A DNA stretch of 63,631 nucleotides, the filler included, from Licmophora abbreviata (taxonomy: Eukaryota): assembly GCA_900291995.1 (NCBI GenBank). It is 5 parts of 5 records of this genome, joined end to end, with 100 filler letters (N's around TTAATTAATTAA, not from the genome) between each part and the next. Parts side by side here need not be neighbours in the genome. Positions count along the whole stretch, not along the records: positions 1 to 28,215 come from OLMU01000802.1; 4 more parts are not named here. One strand, 5' to 3'. The notes beneath the pieces were generated by a model. It ran no database searches, was not told the DNA's origin, and worked only from the letters and a program-made list of their open reading frames with translations. Below are positions 1 to 11,828 of this stretch, piece after piece (position 1 is the first letter of the stretch; every line of letters starts with the position of its first letter). The position numbers were made by a program, and so were the translations under genes.

Positions 1-561
1 CAGAACGTACCGTGACATTTAGACCGGACGCGGTGCTTGCTCGATAGTTTTCTCCTCTCATGTGAAACTTGACATCGTAGGTCCCAGCTTCCCACAATCT
101 TGCACCATAGTAGCTTCCGACTGCTCCGCACCCTACAACGGCAATCGTCTGTTTCTGGTTACTGCTCATTCGAAGCCCCCGTGCAGGGTGCGAAAGACGA
201 CGAGGCTTCCCGAACGGGACATTGGCTGGTCTCCATCTGCCATTGATCGGTTTCGATCCAAGCAACGCGCGTATTTCGACAGGCGCTATAAGAAGTATCA
301 GAAATAGCCGATAGACCATGATGTGTACCAGAAGAAAAGCGAAGTATCCCCAATGTGTGGATGTTGGGCAATGTGTTCGCCGGCGTCATGATGTGATGGC
401 GAGATCGCGAGTGCGACGGCGCCTTTTTCTGATGCGCGGCGTACAGACGGTGGATTTCAGAAAGTCGAAAGTCACAGCAGCAACTCTAGCATCGCACCGA
501 AAGCCACTGTAGTCCTTCCATAGGATTGGTCTATATCGTTACAGTGTATATGTTTGAAGCT

Positions 562-1440
562 TTAAAAGAGGCCGAACAGTTTCTTGGGGGGCTCAGGTTC
601 TTCCACTACGGGCTCCTCCTTCTTAGTCCCTCCAAAGAAATTGAAGGGGGAGCTCTTCTTTGCTGATGAAACACCCTTCATCTGGTTCACATTGGGGGCC
701 TTATAATTGCGTCCGAACTTAGGAGCAGCTCCGGGAATCGTCTCCGATGGTCCTGTTCGGCTCTTGCTACCGGTCCAGTCGAGACCTTCCCCATACCCAA
801 AGATCGAAACACTCTGGTCCTTTTTGAACCCACCCGAGGCATACTCCTTATCAGACGCCAACCAGCGTTTCTTCGCGGCACCTTTGACATCACTGTTGTC
901 CCAAGCTCCTCCCCGCTGCATGTACTGTGCCAGGAAAACAAGTAGACCGATCTGATGTCAGTATTGCAATATGACAGTCACAAGGAATGGCGGCCATCAC
1001 TTCAATAAACGGTTATACTCACGGGAATGTCCTCCTTCTTCAGTTCGCCCTTCTTAACGCGCTCCTGGGCGTTGAAGACGGGGAGCAAGTGTTCAGCTTC
1101 TCCCCTCTCCATGGCCTCCTGGAAGCTCTGCATCGAGCGTGACTTGAAACCTCGCGGACCAAGGCCTCCAAGATTCTTCGTAGCCTGCCTTTTCTTTTCG
1201 TCAGCCTGAAATGAATTCAAAGAATGTGGTGTCAGTTCACGTGTAATCGACCCTGTCTCTCGTTTTCCTTCTTCAACTACTCACCTTGAACTTGGCGTAA
1301 GACGCCTTGGTAAAGCCATCGGGCACGTATCCGTTCAAGGCGACATCGTAGGTTCGTGGCGCCGTTCCTGCCGACGACTGAAACGCCGCAGCCCCACTGG
1401 AGAGCATCACCACCGAAAGTGCAGTCACAAACGTCCTCAT
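562..1440 (-). CDS. Uncharacterised plastid-targeted protein, 3 exons (1440-1285, 1205-1023, 924-562)
   Basis: GT-AG introns 1284-1206 and 1022-925 join three ORFs in frame. Signal peptide ending GAAAF (ASAF-type). Motifs YVPDGFT and YMQRGGAWDNSD, C-terminus KKLFGLF. Confidence 0.8.
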
Positions 1441-1747
1441 TGTTCCAAGGTTTTGATATCGATAGAGACTACAAATAGAATGAGAAAGCAACGAGGGAAC
1501 GGAATTTTGCAGGTTCCGAGCGAAATTGTGAGCGATTTTTCATGCCACATCGACATTCCTTGAAATACGTCAGCTTCATTCTACGTGCAAATCTGGTACA
1601 AAAGCTACGGAAGCAGCTGGGCACGTTCCGACTTTGGATTGCGCTCCAGAGATGTTTATTACCGAGAAAAGCTCGCTATTTTATTACATCAGCACCAATG
1701 ACACAATTCGAGATTCCGCCGACGGTGTTCTCGACCAGCAGTCGACA

Positions 1748-2442
1748 ATGGAGCATTCTGCGCAACAGTGGGCTACGGAACTCACTCACGTAAGTGAGGA
1801 TCTGTCTCATGTTGCCCATCGAATGCAAGTTTTCTTTGCAAATGCATCGGAACAATCGATCGCCAAAGGGTGAGTCCGTGCTGGATAGTTTGTTCCGCGT
1901 AGCCTCTAGTACGATTTCTACGCGAGATCATCAGAGGAAAAGTTTCATCTCTCGCAGGACTTTCTTGACCCTGTTGTGTATGATGACCTGTCAAGATTTC
2001 GCTGTCTCTCATACATACTTGTTCGTCTTCGCTGATCAGAGGAGGTCCGATTCCAGACCCGGTGAAGCTACTGCGCCGTTTGGCGGCTCTCGAAAATCGG
2101 ATGGAGCAGCTGCGCTCGAACTGTCTGGATGTAGCGGAACGACGAGACGGAATCGTAATGCGAGTCAGCGAAGCTCAACTGAGAAACGCCGAAACACTAG
2201 AAGAGGTAAGGCTGGAGCGTGGAAAATGGAATGGGTCGCGTTTGCCCGATTTGAGTCTATGGCTCACACGCGTGCTGGCAAATTCGCTACTTGGACGACG
2301 TTCGCAGCTCTCGTCTGTCGCGAGACATCTGTCAATCGATCCAGAAGAATTAGTCTCGGTACGGGAAGGCGATGAACAGATGGATCTGAACGGGCTTCTT
2401 TCCGCCGTGGCAATGCAACACGAACTGTTTTCCTCTAAATAA
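1748..2442 (+). CDS. SKA2: Ska2-like spindle/kinetochore-associated protein (exons 1748-1869, 2040-2205, 2308-2442)
   Basis: Intron 1870-2039 (GTGAGT...CAG) gives ELTHVSEDLSHVAHRMQVFF...PDPVKLLRRLAALENRMEQLRSNC, matching the Ska2 pattern DLxxVxHRLxxEF...(N/D)PVxLLxxLxxI. Probable in-frame second intron 2206-2307. Confidence 0.6.
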
Positions 2443-3345
2443 GTGTGAGCGAGTGGTGGCAGCAATTGAATGGAGACCGATCACGTGGGTCAATATTGCG
2501 TTCGAATCTCCGTTTGTAGTCAGGGTGTGCTGGAACTATCAATGACAATTACTCTTGCCTTTCGACGTCGAACGTAGTACGAAAGGCTATTGATTCTGTC
2601 TCTTGCTACTTCAATAGAATAGTCAGACCTGATAGCAGACTGGTACGAGCGATGCACACGTCGATGGTGTGTTTGAGACTCTCACAATTATAACTCATCG
2701 ATTTGTACTCTCAATGTGCTGGCTATGATTGACCACTCTCTCTTTAAGTATGATACGGAGATCTTACCCTTTTGCCAAAAGGCTTGCCGCGTGGCACGGA
2801 GTATGTTGGGGTCTACTACTCGTACATAGAATGAATCGAATCAAACCCAAGTCTACACTTTGAATGAGTCGAGTCTGTCAGTCAGTCAGCCACGCATCAG
2901 TCGGGTCATCTGTCAGTCACGAGTGAGCATGTTCCGCGGAATCCTTTTACAGCGCATCGATTTAGCAGCTGACATCCAGGATTCTTTATGACCTAAGCAA
3001 GCCAACGCAAACTGACGATTGTATGATGACGTGTACTGCAGGACAATATTTATTGGAACACGTTTGAGACTATGCCAACAAATGTATCAGAGACCCTCAG
3101 ACAATCGTCATTCTGAGCAGATGGCACTCGGAGAATAGCCATAAGTCAATACTTATGACTCATTGTGTTCCTTCCCAGACACTCCGAATACAACTCCTTC
3201 ATGCATGCTCTTCTTTGATCACATACTTCTTCAGCACAAATCAAGTTCGAAGTGCTCCATGACACTTGTGAATCTGTACGCGTCTACTCGCCCCAACGAC
3301 CAATAGCAACCCCAATACACTTCCTTTTATACACAGGAAGCAAAT

Positions 3346-3753
3346 ATGAGATCAGTAGGATCAGGTTTGAAGCGCTCGATGCCGTGTTGCGACTTGAGTT
3401 CGCTCATTTCGCAGACTCCCGACGACATGCGAAACAGCACGTGGGATGACAGCTCGCTCACGAGCACCACTTCCAACAAGAAGCGTCGACTCTCGGCGCC
3501 TCAAGATCTCATCGACTTCCTCAGAGCGGCACCGCCAACAACAAAGGCCCGGACCGAAAGTCCCGCCACTGCGGCTCTCGAGAACTACCTCCAGCTCAGT
3601 GACACCGCCACGATTGACCTCGACACTCACCATTTCGAGGACAACGAGTGGGCACTCGCTACCCAGGCCTGTTCATTTTTCGACGTCATGTCCAACCCTA
3701 CCGTTCAAGATGTCACCAGAGGCCTCGCCAGAATCTCGGCCTCGACTGCTTAG
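3346..3753 (+). CDS. Small hypothetical protein (135 aa) with NLS-like KKRRL
   Basis: ATG-started ORF with protein-like composition, preceded by a TATA-like TTTTATA at about 3324. Confidence 0.5.
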   Translation: MRSVGSGLKRSMPCCDLSSLISQTPDDMRNSTWDDSSLTSTTSNKKRRLSAPQDLIDFLRAAPPTTKARTESPATAALENYLQLSDTATIDLDTHHFEDNEWALATQACSFFDVMSNPTVQDVTRGLARISASTA

Positions 3754-4211
3754 GGAGATTCTCTCTCGTCATCGCGAGTGTACTCTTTCATGGTAGCCCT
3801 TCCACAACGCTGTTTCAAGGCATTGTGCGAAGCATTGTCCGCAGTGCAAGGCGCAGACAAGACACAACTCTTTTGCTCATTATTCCTGTGTTCCAGGCTT
3901 GCGGGTTCCAGTCATCTGTACATACAAGGAACCCACCTACAGCCGCGTCGCCACTGCTCCAGTTTAGAACAAAAATCATCGCCACTCAACACACATCCAC
4001 ACAACCATTGCCCATACAGCATGTCCTTCAACAGACACTCTATCTCTACACATATATTCCGGAGTGTACTAATGTCGTGTCATGGTAGTTTTAGCAGCAC
4101 ATAGTAATACACTAAGACACTTTTCATCGTATTACGCTTACTCTGCTGCCGTGTTAGTTTGCCACATTGCTTATTCGCTAGCTTGTCAACTTATTCTTCT
4201 GGTAGCTCCTT

Positions 4212-6697
4212 TTACTGGAGGAAATACCGTGATCCACTCTTCGTCTTTACAACAGCACCCGACTCCAAGACGCCGCTTGCAATCTCCGAAGTTGTGATCC
4301 TCTCGTTGTCTTGAAACTGATTGGTACCACTCACATTCCCAGTAACAGAGCCATCGCGGTTCTGTCTCCACCTAGCTAGCGTAGGAACTCCTCGCGGGGC
4401 CTTCTTGCCTGTCGTTTGCTTCCCAGACGACGAAGAATTCTTGTTACCTGACGAAAAAAGAGAACCAAACGGATTACTAGAGCCGCCTGCCTCTTGCTTT
4501 TTCGGAGCCTTCTTTGCCTTTTCTTCGTCGGTCAACCTTGGCAAGCTAATTGTTCTTGATATCTGGAGTCCCTTGAAGGGGGGTTCAGGCTGCGCGGTCG
4601 CTCTGGCGGACTGCTGCGCCTTTACCTTCTGAGCAGCGGCGGCCTTTGCTTGCTGTTGCACCTTTGCTTTCCGTTCCGAATCGGCTTTCGCCTTGGCGGT
4701 CTCCGCCGCCCGTTTCTTCGAGGCCTGTGCCGCTGAAGCAGCTCTTTGCTTCGTTTGCGCTTGCCTCTGTGCTTCCGCTTTGGCGGTGTCTGCCGCCTTT
4801 CTTTTTCTTGATGAGTGCAGCTTCCTTTGCTCTCTTGACGGCAGCAGCAGTCTTGTCGCCCGGTGCTCCCCCGGCTTCAGTTCTGGTCTTTGGTGTCTTA
4901 TCAAACGAGGCAGCGAAGAATAGCGGTGACGAAGGGCTACTCTGCGTGGAGGCGTTTTCTTGTTTCGGTGGTGGTTTCGCTACACGACTTGCCGCAACGT
5001 TTCGAGCAGGCGAAGCCGGTTTCGGAGCTGCCTTCACTACTGGTGTCGGCGCTACCTCACTGGCTGGTCGAGGCCCTGTGGATGAAGCGCCAAATGCTGA
5101 ATCTTTGGTACTCTCAGTCACATAGTCATCAACCCCAACCTTGGTGATGGGAGACAATAGAAGCTTTCGCAAACGAGCAGCTATCTGGGGAAGCGGCCGA
5201 CTGACGATCCCCGGCGATGCTTGTCCAGCAGCATATCGGACACCCTCAGCGCCACCCAGTCCACCGGTGTTTCCTGAGTTACACGGAACGAAACCAAGTG
5301 AGTACGACAGTTGGTCCACATGCTTGCCACTTCACATCAATTGCGCACCGATAGATGGGTCCATGACCGCCCCCGCGGTGATCCGGGTGCAGAAGCCATC
5401 ATCATCAAACGTGAACGACATTGCCTGAGGTGGACTCTCGACCGCAACTCCATTCTCCGCGATTCCTCCCGGACGGACGTCAACCCACACACGATACGGG
5501 TCATACGGATCGACCCGGAAGAAGCTGAGTGCAGGCTCGACGCCGCCAAACAGATTCTTCGAGAATGCAAAAGACGACGGCAGCTTTAGTTGGGCGCTGG
5601 TGTACTTAATCCTACGAAAATATAGAGCAGAGTGCAAGACTTACCCCTGCAACATTATCGACGAAATCTCTCTTGTTGTAGGGACCATCGTATTGACCAC
5701 AGTACGAAAATGATGGCGAAAGAAGGTCTGGATCCTCTGTCGCCATTTCAGACGAAAGGATGCCCTTCGCTAGCTGAATCATGACTGTTTCAGGAAATGG
5801 AGCGAGGACCGAGGGTGGATCAGGAAGCTGTTGGACTGGTCGTCCAAAGAAACGCTTCACGACAGCAGGTAATGGATAGACCTCCCAGTCCGAGGGCGGT
5901 GAGCCTGCCACCGAGGCTGCTGCCATTACTCCGCACATGCCGTAAGTATTTCCGGCTAAGCGATCCATGGAGAATCCACTACAAAGCTTGACTAACTTCC
6001 CCGTCGAGGGATCAAACGTCATGCTGATGGCTTCGGGAGGACAGCTCATTCGCTTTCCATTAGGTGACAACACCTCATTTCTCAATCTCAACTCTCCACG
6101 CATGGTGCCCACCATCCGAGCCGTAAGTCGCACTGTCCACGCGTCGTCTTCATCAATACGAAAGTCATGTCCACGATAGTCTAAGTCAGGGAATGAAGCT
6201 CTGTAAATGGAACAAGTACAGATTTGTCAGACTGGAACCATGCAAGTCGCAAGCAACACCGCGTTGTTCACAACGCACCTTAAATCGAAAAACTTTCCGG
6301 CAGCAAGGTAGTCTCGCTTGCCAAGAACAGAACTGCCCAAGTTGGGTCCGATCCAAACAAAGTTCTCGTCCAAGAGACTTTCGTCTTGCAGTCCGAAGTC
6401 CGCCACCAGCATGATCTTCGCCCTAGTTACGAGGCCATCGGGGGTGCCCTTGAATTCGCCGGAAAATGACGGCAGCGCGACAGTGGCAGGACCCTGATCC
6501 TCTCCAGTGTCATCTCCAAACGGAAACTTTGGGAGCTTATCTAGCAGCGAGTTGCCCGTAGCCATTCGCAACGCAGTGCTGGATCTGCCAATGGGAACCG
6601 AGCACTGGGTCGAGAATGCGTCGACCGGAACCGACACGCGCACCAAGAAACTAGCTCCCATGACCACTACAGCCGACAACATCCTCATCCTCGGCAT
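4212..6697 (-). CDS. Plastid-targeted multi-exon protein: two SnoaL/NTF2-like repeats, Ala/Lys/Pro-rich linker, small C-terminal beta module; frameshift at about 4800
   Basis: Signal peptide ending VDAF. Introns 6278-6201, from 5644 (acceptor uncertain) and about 5348-5274. Repeated motifs FPDLDYRGHDFRID...PPEAISMTFD and FFRVDPYDPYRVW...PPQAMSFTFD. C-terminal WRQNRDGSVTG...ITTS...TKSGSRYFL. Confidence 0.7.
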
Positions 6698-7109
6698 GAT
6701 TTTGAAGGCAAAAAGCTCACAGAGGAACCGCAGCTATCGCACAAAAGTCACGGAGCCCTATAATGGGCAATTTCTCATTTGTTCCGTACGCGGTATACTT
6801 CTCGTCGTTGTGCGCGCGCCGCATACCCCTAGTCTAGTTCGATGACGTGCATCATCAGCTTGTTTTCAAGAGAGTTCGCACGTTGCTGTCTTTTCGCCGA
6901 AGTGGACGTCATCAGCCGTATCTTGTCGTGGTTGAAGCAAACGTGTTGAGTGTAAGCCGAACACAGCGTTGCAATTTATACGAATTACTAACACATTACA
7001 TTGCTAATACCCCTCTCTAGCGAGAGAGATCCGTCTGGGGTGCAGTATCTATTCGTTTGCTCTACTTGAATCTTGAAATTATAGCTAGCTAATTTTAGCT
7101 AATAATTGC

Positions 7110-8561
7110 TTACTCGTACTTGGGTGCCGCCTCGATGCTGTTCGTCGGAGTGACCCTTGCAGCGGCTCCTGTTGCCGCCTCGGGTGGCGGCGGCATGCCT
7201 CGTAGGTTTCCCCATTCGTCAAGCTCATCCAATATCTCAAAGGCCGTCGAACGTCGATTCAGGGGATTGAATCCATAAAGCATGTCGCGATAGATGGCGT
7301 CACACAGGACTTGAAGACGGAGCGATCCCGTAAAGGGATCCTCAATCTCGAATCCAATCTGATAGATTCCGAGCATCAACCACGCGATAAGACCCATGAC
7401 GGGGCCTGTCAACAAACCGAGGTCCTTGATCAATGCAAATGGAAGGCTAAATAGCCAGAGCGTCAAGCTGCGCAAGGAATGTCGTGCGTAGTTCTGGGGG
7501 ACAGCAGTTTGGTGGATCCGTTCGCATTCGCCTATGCACTGGGAGAGTCTGCCAACATTCGACAAAAAAGTCAGTCTTTCTCGTGAAGTGAAATTCTCCG
7601 AGTACTGAACGTCCGTAAGTTCCTGAGAAAGTCGATCACAGACCCACAGTGGTCGATTGATGGACTCGGTGCACTTTCTCAGGGCCCGCGGAGGAAACAG
7701 GCACCATGGAAGCGATCGTTTGTCCACATAACATTCCTGAGTAGACCCATTCACCACTCGCCTGGGCCGTGATCCCTGTGCCATTTGTTCGAATAAGATG
7801 AGAGTATTGTCACCCAACATGTCGCAGCTCTCGCGAGTCAAACTCCCTGGCTTGATGTGTTGTTTCAAAAGATACGGGAACGCAGCCAACAGACGAAAGA
7901 CCCTTTGTCTGCGTTCCGACCCCAAGTTTGTCTCATACAAGGTCACCATTCGACTCATAGTTCTAGATGTGGAGTGGATCTTCTCCCAAATGCGGCGCCC
8001 CTCCTGAAAAAGCCTAAAATGTTAGATGTGCGATAGAACGACAAACAGCGCAGTAGGACTGGTACAAGGCACACTCACCGCAAAACGTTGGTAGGCAGCA
8101 TTCGTCCGAAACACCAGGAGCAAGCCAAGAGAGCTAACAAGGAATGAATGGGGTGTACTGACAATACACATTTTGTTGGCAATGACGGTCCCCTTGACCG
8201 TCAGAATCGACGTGTAAACCACCGATACGAGAACCGACCATACGAAGACTGTCAGAGCCATTCCCCGAATTTCTTTCAGAATAGTCGACTTGGGAAGTGT
8301 TCGGATGTTGTGCAACCAGTCTGAAGCAGAGTATCGATAGTCATTGGCTTCAATCTCGTAGTAAGAATCAAAATTCAGATCTTCAGCAGCAACGTATTTT
8401 GGTGATTTCAAAGATGTATGCGTCTTCGACCTCAGGGCGACAACACGCCTTGTCACAAACGCTGAAGTTTCAACACGACATTTACAAGATGCCACAAGAC
8501 AAGCCGCGAGGATCCCATGCCTCCAACCTCTTCGTCGTCGATGAAGAAGTACCTTTCTCAT
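7110..8561 (-). CDS. Bestrophin-like (UPF0187/VCCN1/BST-type) anion channel, probably plastid; exons 8561-8079 and 8003-7110
   Basis: SSLGLLLVFRTNAAYQRFAEGRRIWE across intron 8078-8004; CERIHQTAVPQNYARHSLR; IGFEIEDPF; N-terminal TSAF motif. Confidence 0.9.
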
Positions 8562-8805
8562 GGTGTCGTCGTTGCGGCGTCTTGGAGACTTTGGAGCGGC
8601 GCTTTGTTTTTCTTTCGCTGGTGGCGGCCGTGGCGCGCCACATTATATTCAATCCTCAGGCATGAAGTTTGGAAAAAGAATCTGCATCTTCCCCAGAAGG
8701 ATGCAGTCGAGGGAGTCACACAACAACAAAAGTTGGTGCGACGCGATGATGATCTGCATGATGTTGTGCGGTGTTTGTCGTTAAACAACCCAAGCAGTAG
8801 CCAGA

Positions 8806-9165
8806 ATGGTGTCGTCAAAAGAGGAAACGAGTGCATATGAACAAGAACGTAAAGTCTTGCTGGAAAGGTAGGGCGAAGTCGAACCCAGAGTGGACATCAT
8901 CCGCGCTTGAATGTAACGTACCCCGTCCATGTGATCAATTGCTCATTCGTCTTGCATCCACACCTTCCCTTTCAGCGTGAGACAAAGCTTGTCGCAAGTT
9001 GTCAAGAAAATGTCGAGAGTAACTGATAATTTGACTGAGTTAAATGATTCCAACCAAGAGGTTGGAGAAGTAGCAGAAATGTGGGGTGAGGCGTTCCGCC
9101 ACGGGGGTCAATCAAGCGAGGAGGCCGCATCTATTTCAAACGAGCCAAACACCGGCCGCGGATGA
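8806..9165 (+). CDS. DASH/Dam1 complex small subunit, Dad1-like (exons 8806-8867 and 8976-9165)
   Basis: Intron 8868-8975 (GTAGGG...TTTCAG) gives MVSSKEETSAYEQERKVLLESVRQSLSQVVKKMSRVTDNLTELNDSNQEVGEVAEMWGEAF, matching the Dad1/Dad4 pattern (F/Y)EQxRxxLL...LNxxL...VxxxWxxF. Confidence 0.55.
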
Positions 9166-9765
9166 CTCTATTCAGAAAAGCGGAGTAACTGCCAGAGGAT
9201 TGTCTGTACGAACGAAAGGGTCGTGCTTGCTCTAGGGAGCAGTCGCCATGTGCGTCGTTGGCTCTACCTTCGATACAGAGCAATCATATAGTCTGGCTAT
9301 ATAGTCGGCCCGGGAACGAGGACAAAGGCAGCAGTCGCATCACGCCTCATCCCTTCGAAGCCGTTCAGTTCATAAGCTGCACAAGAATTAGAACATAATT
9401 GAAACTTAAACCCCGGTAGACCTCCTAATAGTTTGAAGTCTGAACTTGTTAGCAAGCACAACATCATCAATTCTAACATCATCAGTATATCTTAACAGTA
9501 ACTGATGCACCCGACTGATTCGACTCACTCAACGATTCAACGCATACTTACTACTTACCACAGTGTGGTGATGAACAGACTTTCCCGCCATCAAAACGCC
9601 GAACAAAACAAAAAGTGATGACACGATCGACAATCAAGCAAGAAGGCACGAGCACTCTGGAAAGAAACGCCTATCGAGCCCGAGACTTCCTTTCATTGAA
9701 CCTTCGCGCTTCTGGAGAAGTGGTGACGTCGAGATGTCGTGAAACTCTCATTTCGTCTTTGAAAT

Positions 9766-11310
9766 ATGATGATTCTCTCGTGGCTGCTTGATTGGTCAAT
9801 CGCGTCATTCATATTGGCGGTATACGTGGTGTGCGAGCTTATTTTCTTCTTCTTGTTCTATTGCGTCTTTCTTCCGCACTGTAATCAGCCAGTCCTCAAT
9901 CCTCAAGAATTCCGTACCTACAAGGAGGACCGTCGTCTCCTCCTACTTCGAATAACTCGGCGGATCGAGCGAACCTGTCAGTCTACCGGTAAACCGTTCT
10001 TGCCAACTTATTCGAGGCATCTTCATGCATGGTTTCATTACGAAAACAAAAATGACATACAAGGGAACACGTACCAACGAACACTCGATGATAAGTTGCC
10101 TTGTAAGGGCGACATGGACGATCTATTGGCCTGGGGATTCTTTGGGCTTGACGAGGCTCATATGGAACCCTGGATGGTTGCCGAGCGTGATCGTATGTAT
10201 GAAATGCTGCGAGATGAGTTCGGCATCATCTTTCCACCTGGTAAAAGAAATGGAGTGAAACCCATGCGGCTTTCATTAGATCAGGTCGAACCGGCGTACC
10301 GACCTATGGCCGTCTACGCATTATTTGGGTGCGTCGAGACTGTGGGAAAACTCGTTCTTTGGCTTGTCGGGTTCAGACCTTACGCGGCGAAGAGCGGCCT
10401 ACGATACTGGTATCGGCCGCAGCGAGCAAGCAGGGGGGCGTCCATCGACGAGAAATCGCTACTTCCCGCCTTGTTCTTTCATGGAATCGCTCCTGGTGGA
10501 TTAGCTCCGTACTTGCCTTTGATATTGTGTGGTCTCGGCCGGGACGGACGAGCGCTCTTTCTGTTCGAGAACCCAGCGATTTCTTTCCAAGTCTGTTTCC
10601 GGTCGCCCACCGAGCAAGAAACAATCGATGGCGTTGCAGAAGCTCTGGAGGCTCATCTTCCTCCTGGTGTTAACGTCAGTGCTGTGGGCCACTCCTTTGG
10701 GACTTGCCAGGTGACTTGGTTGCTCCACTCGTCACAGGCGCATCGACTGAGACAAATTGTCGTTTTGGATCCCGTAACCATTCTCTTAAGTGATCCCGAC
10801 GTAATCACCAACTTTCTATATACGAGAGGTGCTGGGAAGATGCGTGGGAAGCGCGGGAGGCTCGGGATAGTGGCGAATGAACTCTTCATTGAGCATTACT
10901 TGCGTCGACAGTTTGCACCGTAAGCGACTTTTTGCAATGCTTGTCGGGGGCCCGCTCCTAAGCTCACAATCGTGTCTACAAATTCTACTTTATATAGGTA
11001 CAACGGTGAGCTTTGGCTTGAAGACGTTCCTATGCACTGCAAGGTTGTCGTTGGGCTTTCAGAGCACGACGACATCCTAAACTTTCAGAAAGTGAAGCAA
11101 GAGGTAGAGATTCATATGGGAGGTATTTCCCGTTCGATGAAAGGGGATCGCCCCACCAATGCTCGCAGCATGAAGCTTATTGAATGGAGTGGCGCTTCGC
11201 ATGCACAGTGCGTCATGCGGACCGACATGTGGCAACAGATTCGGGTCGCTATGCGACGACAGGAGCACTTGATTCGAAAGGAAACCTCTGTGGACAACAA
11301 GACGGAATGA
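9766..11310 (+). CDS. Membrane-anchored alpha/beta hydrolase family protein (intron 10920-10997)
   Basis: N-terminal TM segment, FFHGIAPGG, nucleophile motif GHSFG, LDPV, and candidate Asp/His in DDIL and GASHA. Confidence 0.8.
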
Positions 11311-11360
11311 AACTCTTCCACACGTTCAACATTGTTGGTCTATAAAAGTAGAGAACGAAA

Positions 11361-11828
11361 TTAAAAATTTCCTGGGAGAAGCGCATCAGGCGCGTCTCGT
11401 AGATCAGTCAGCCTAGAAATGGTTTCCAGTCCGTATCGATAGACTCCCCACACCTCTCGCGCCTTGGAAAACATTGTGTTTCGTCGCCCCTCAATGCGTC
11501 CCATGTCATCAGCGACAAATTTCTTCTGCTTCTTTAAGTATTCAATGGCGCCCAATGTAAGTGATTCCACTTCAGCACCGTCGGCCTTCGCAACGGCCTT
11601 CTCGGAGATTTCGGGCGCTGTCTCCTTCGAGGAGGCGACGGCGTCCATTGTCGCTGCTGCGTCCTGTGTGCACTGTGATGTCGGAAGGATAAATGGAGAT
11701 AGCTCCGCAATCACGCGGCTTCGTTTCGTCGCTGTAAATTCCTCCGCAGCTTCGATTCTGTGGCGTTTCTTGGTATTACTCAAAGCTGCAAAGCACTCGT
11801 GGAGGGAACGTCCTCTTGGAGTCGTCAT
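11361..11828 (-). CDS. Hypothetical protein
   Basis: ATG at 11828 (MTTPRGRSL...) in a 176-aa ORF with helical C-terminus; converges on the preceding gene. Confidence 0.55.
   Translation of the reverse strand: MTTPRGRSLHECFAALSNTKKRHRIEAAEEFTATKRSRVIAELSPFILPTSQCTQDAAATMDAVASSKETAPEISEKAVAKADGAEVESLTLGAIEYLKKQKKFVADDMGRIEGRRNTMFSKAREVWGVYRYGLETISRLTDLRDAPDALLPGNF

Noticed and set aside
1794..2375. 193-aa ORF overlapping the Ska2-like gene, plus many antisense ORFs across the window
   Set aside because: Shadow ORFs of real genes in roughly 50% GC DNA, with no motifs of their own.
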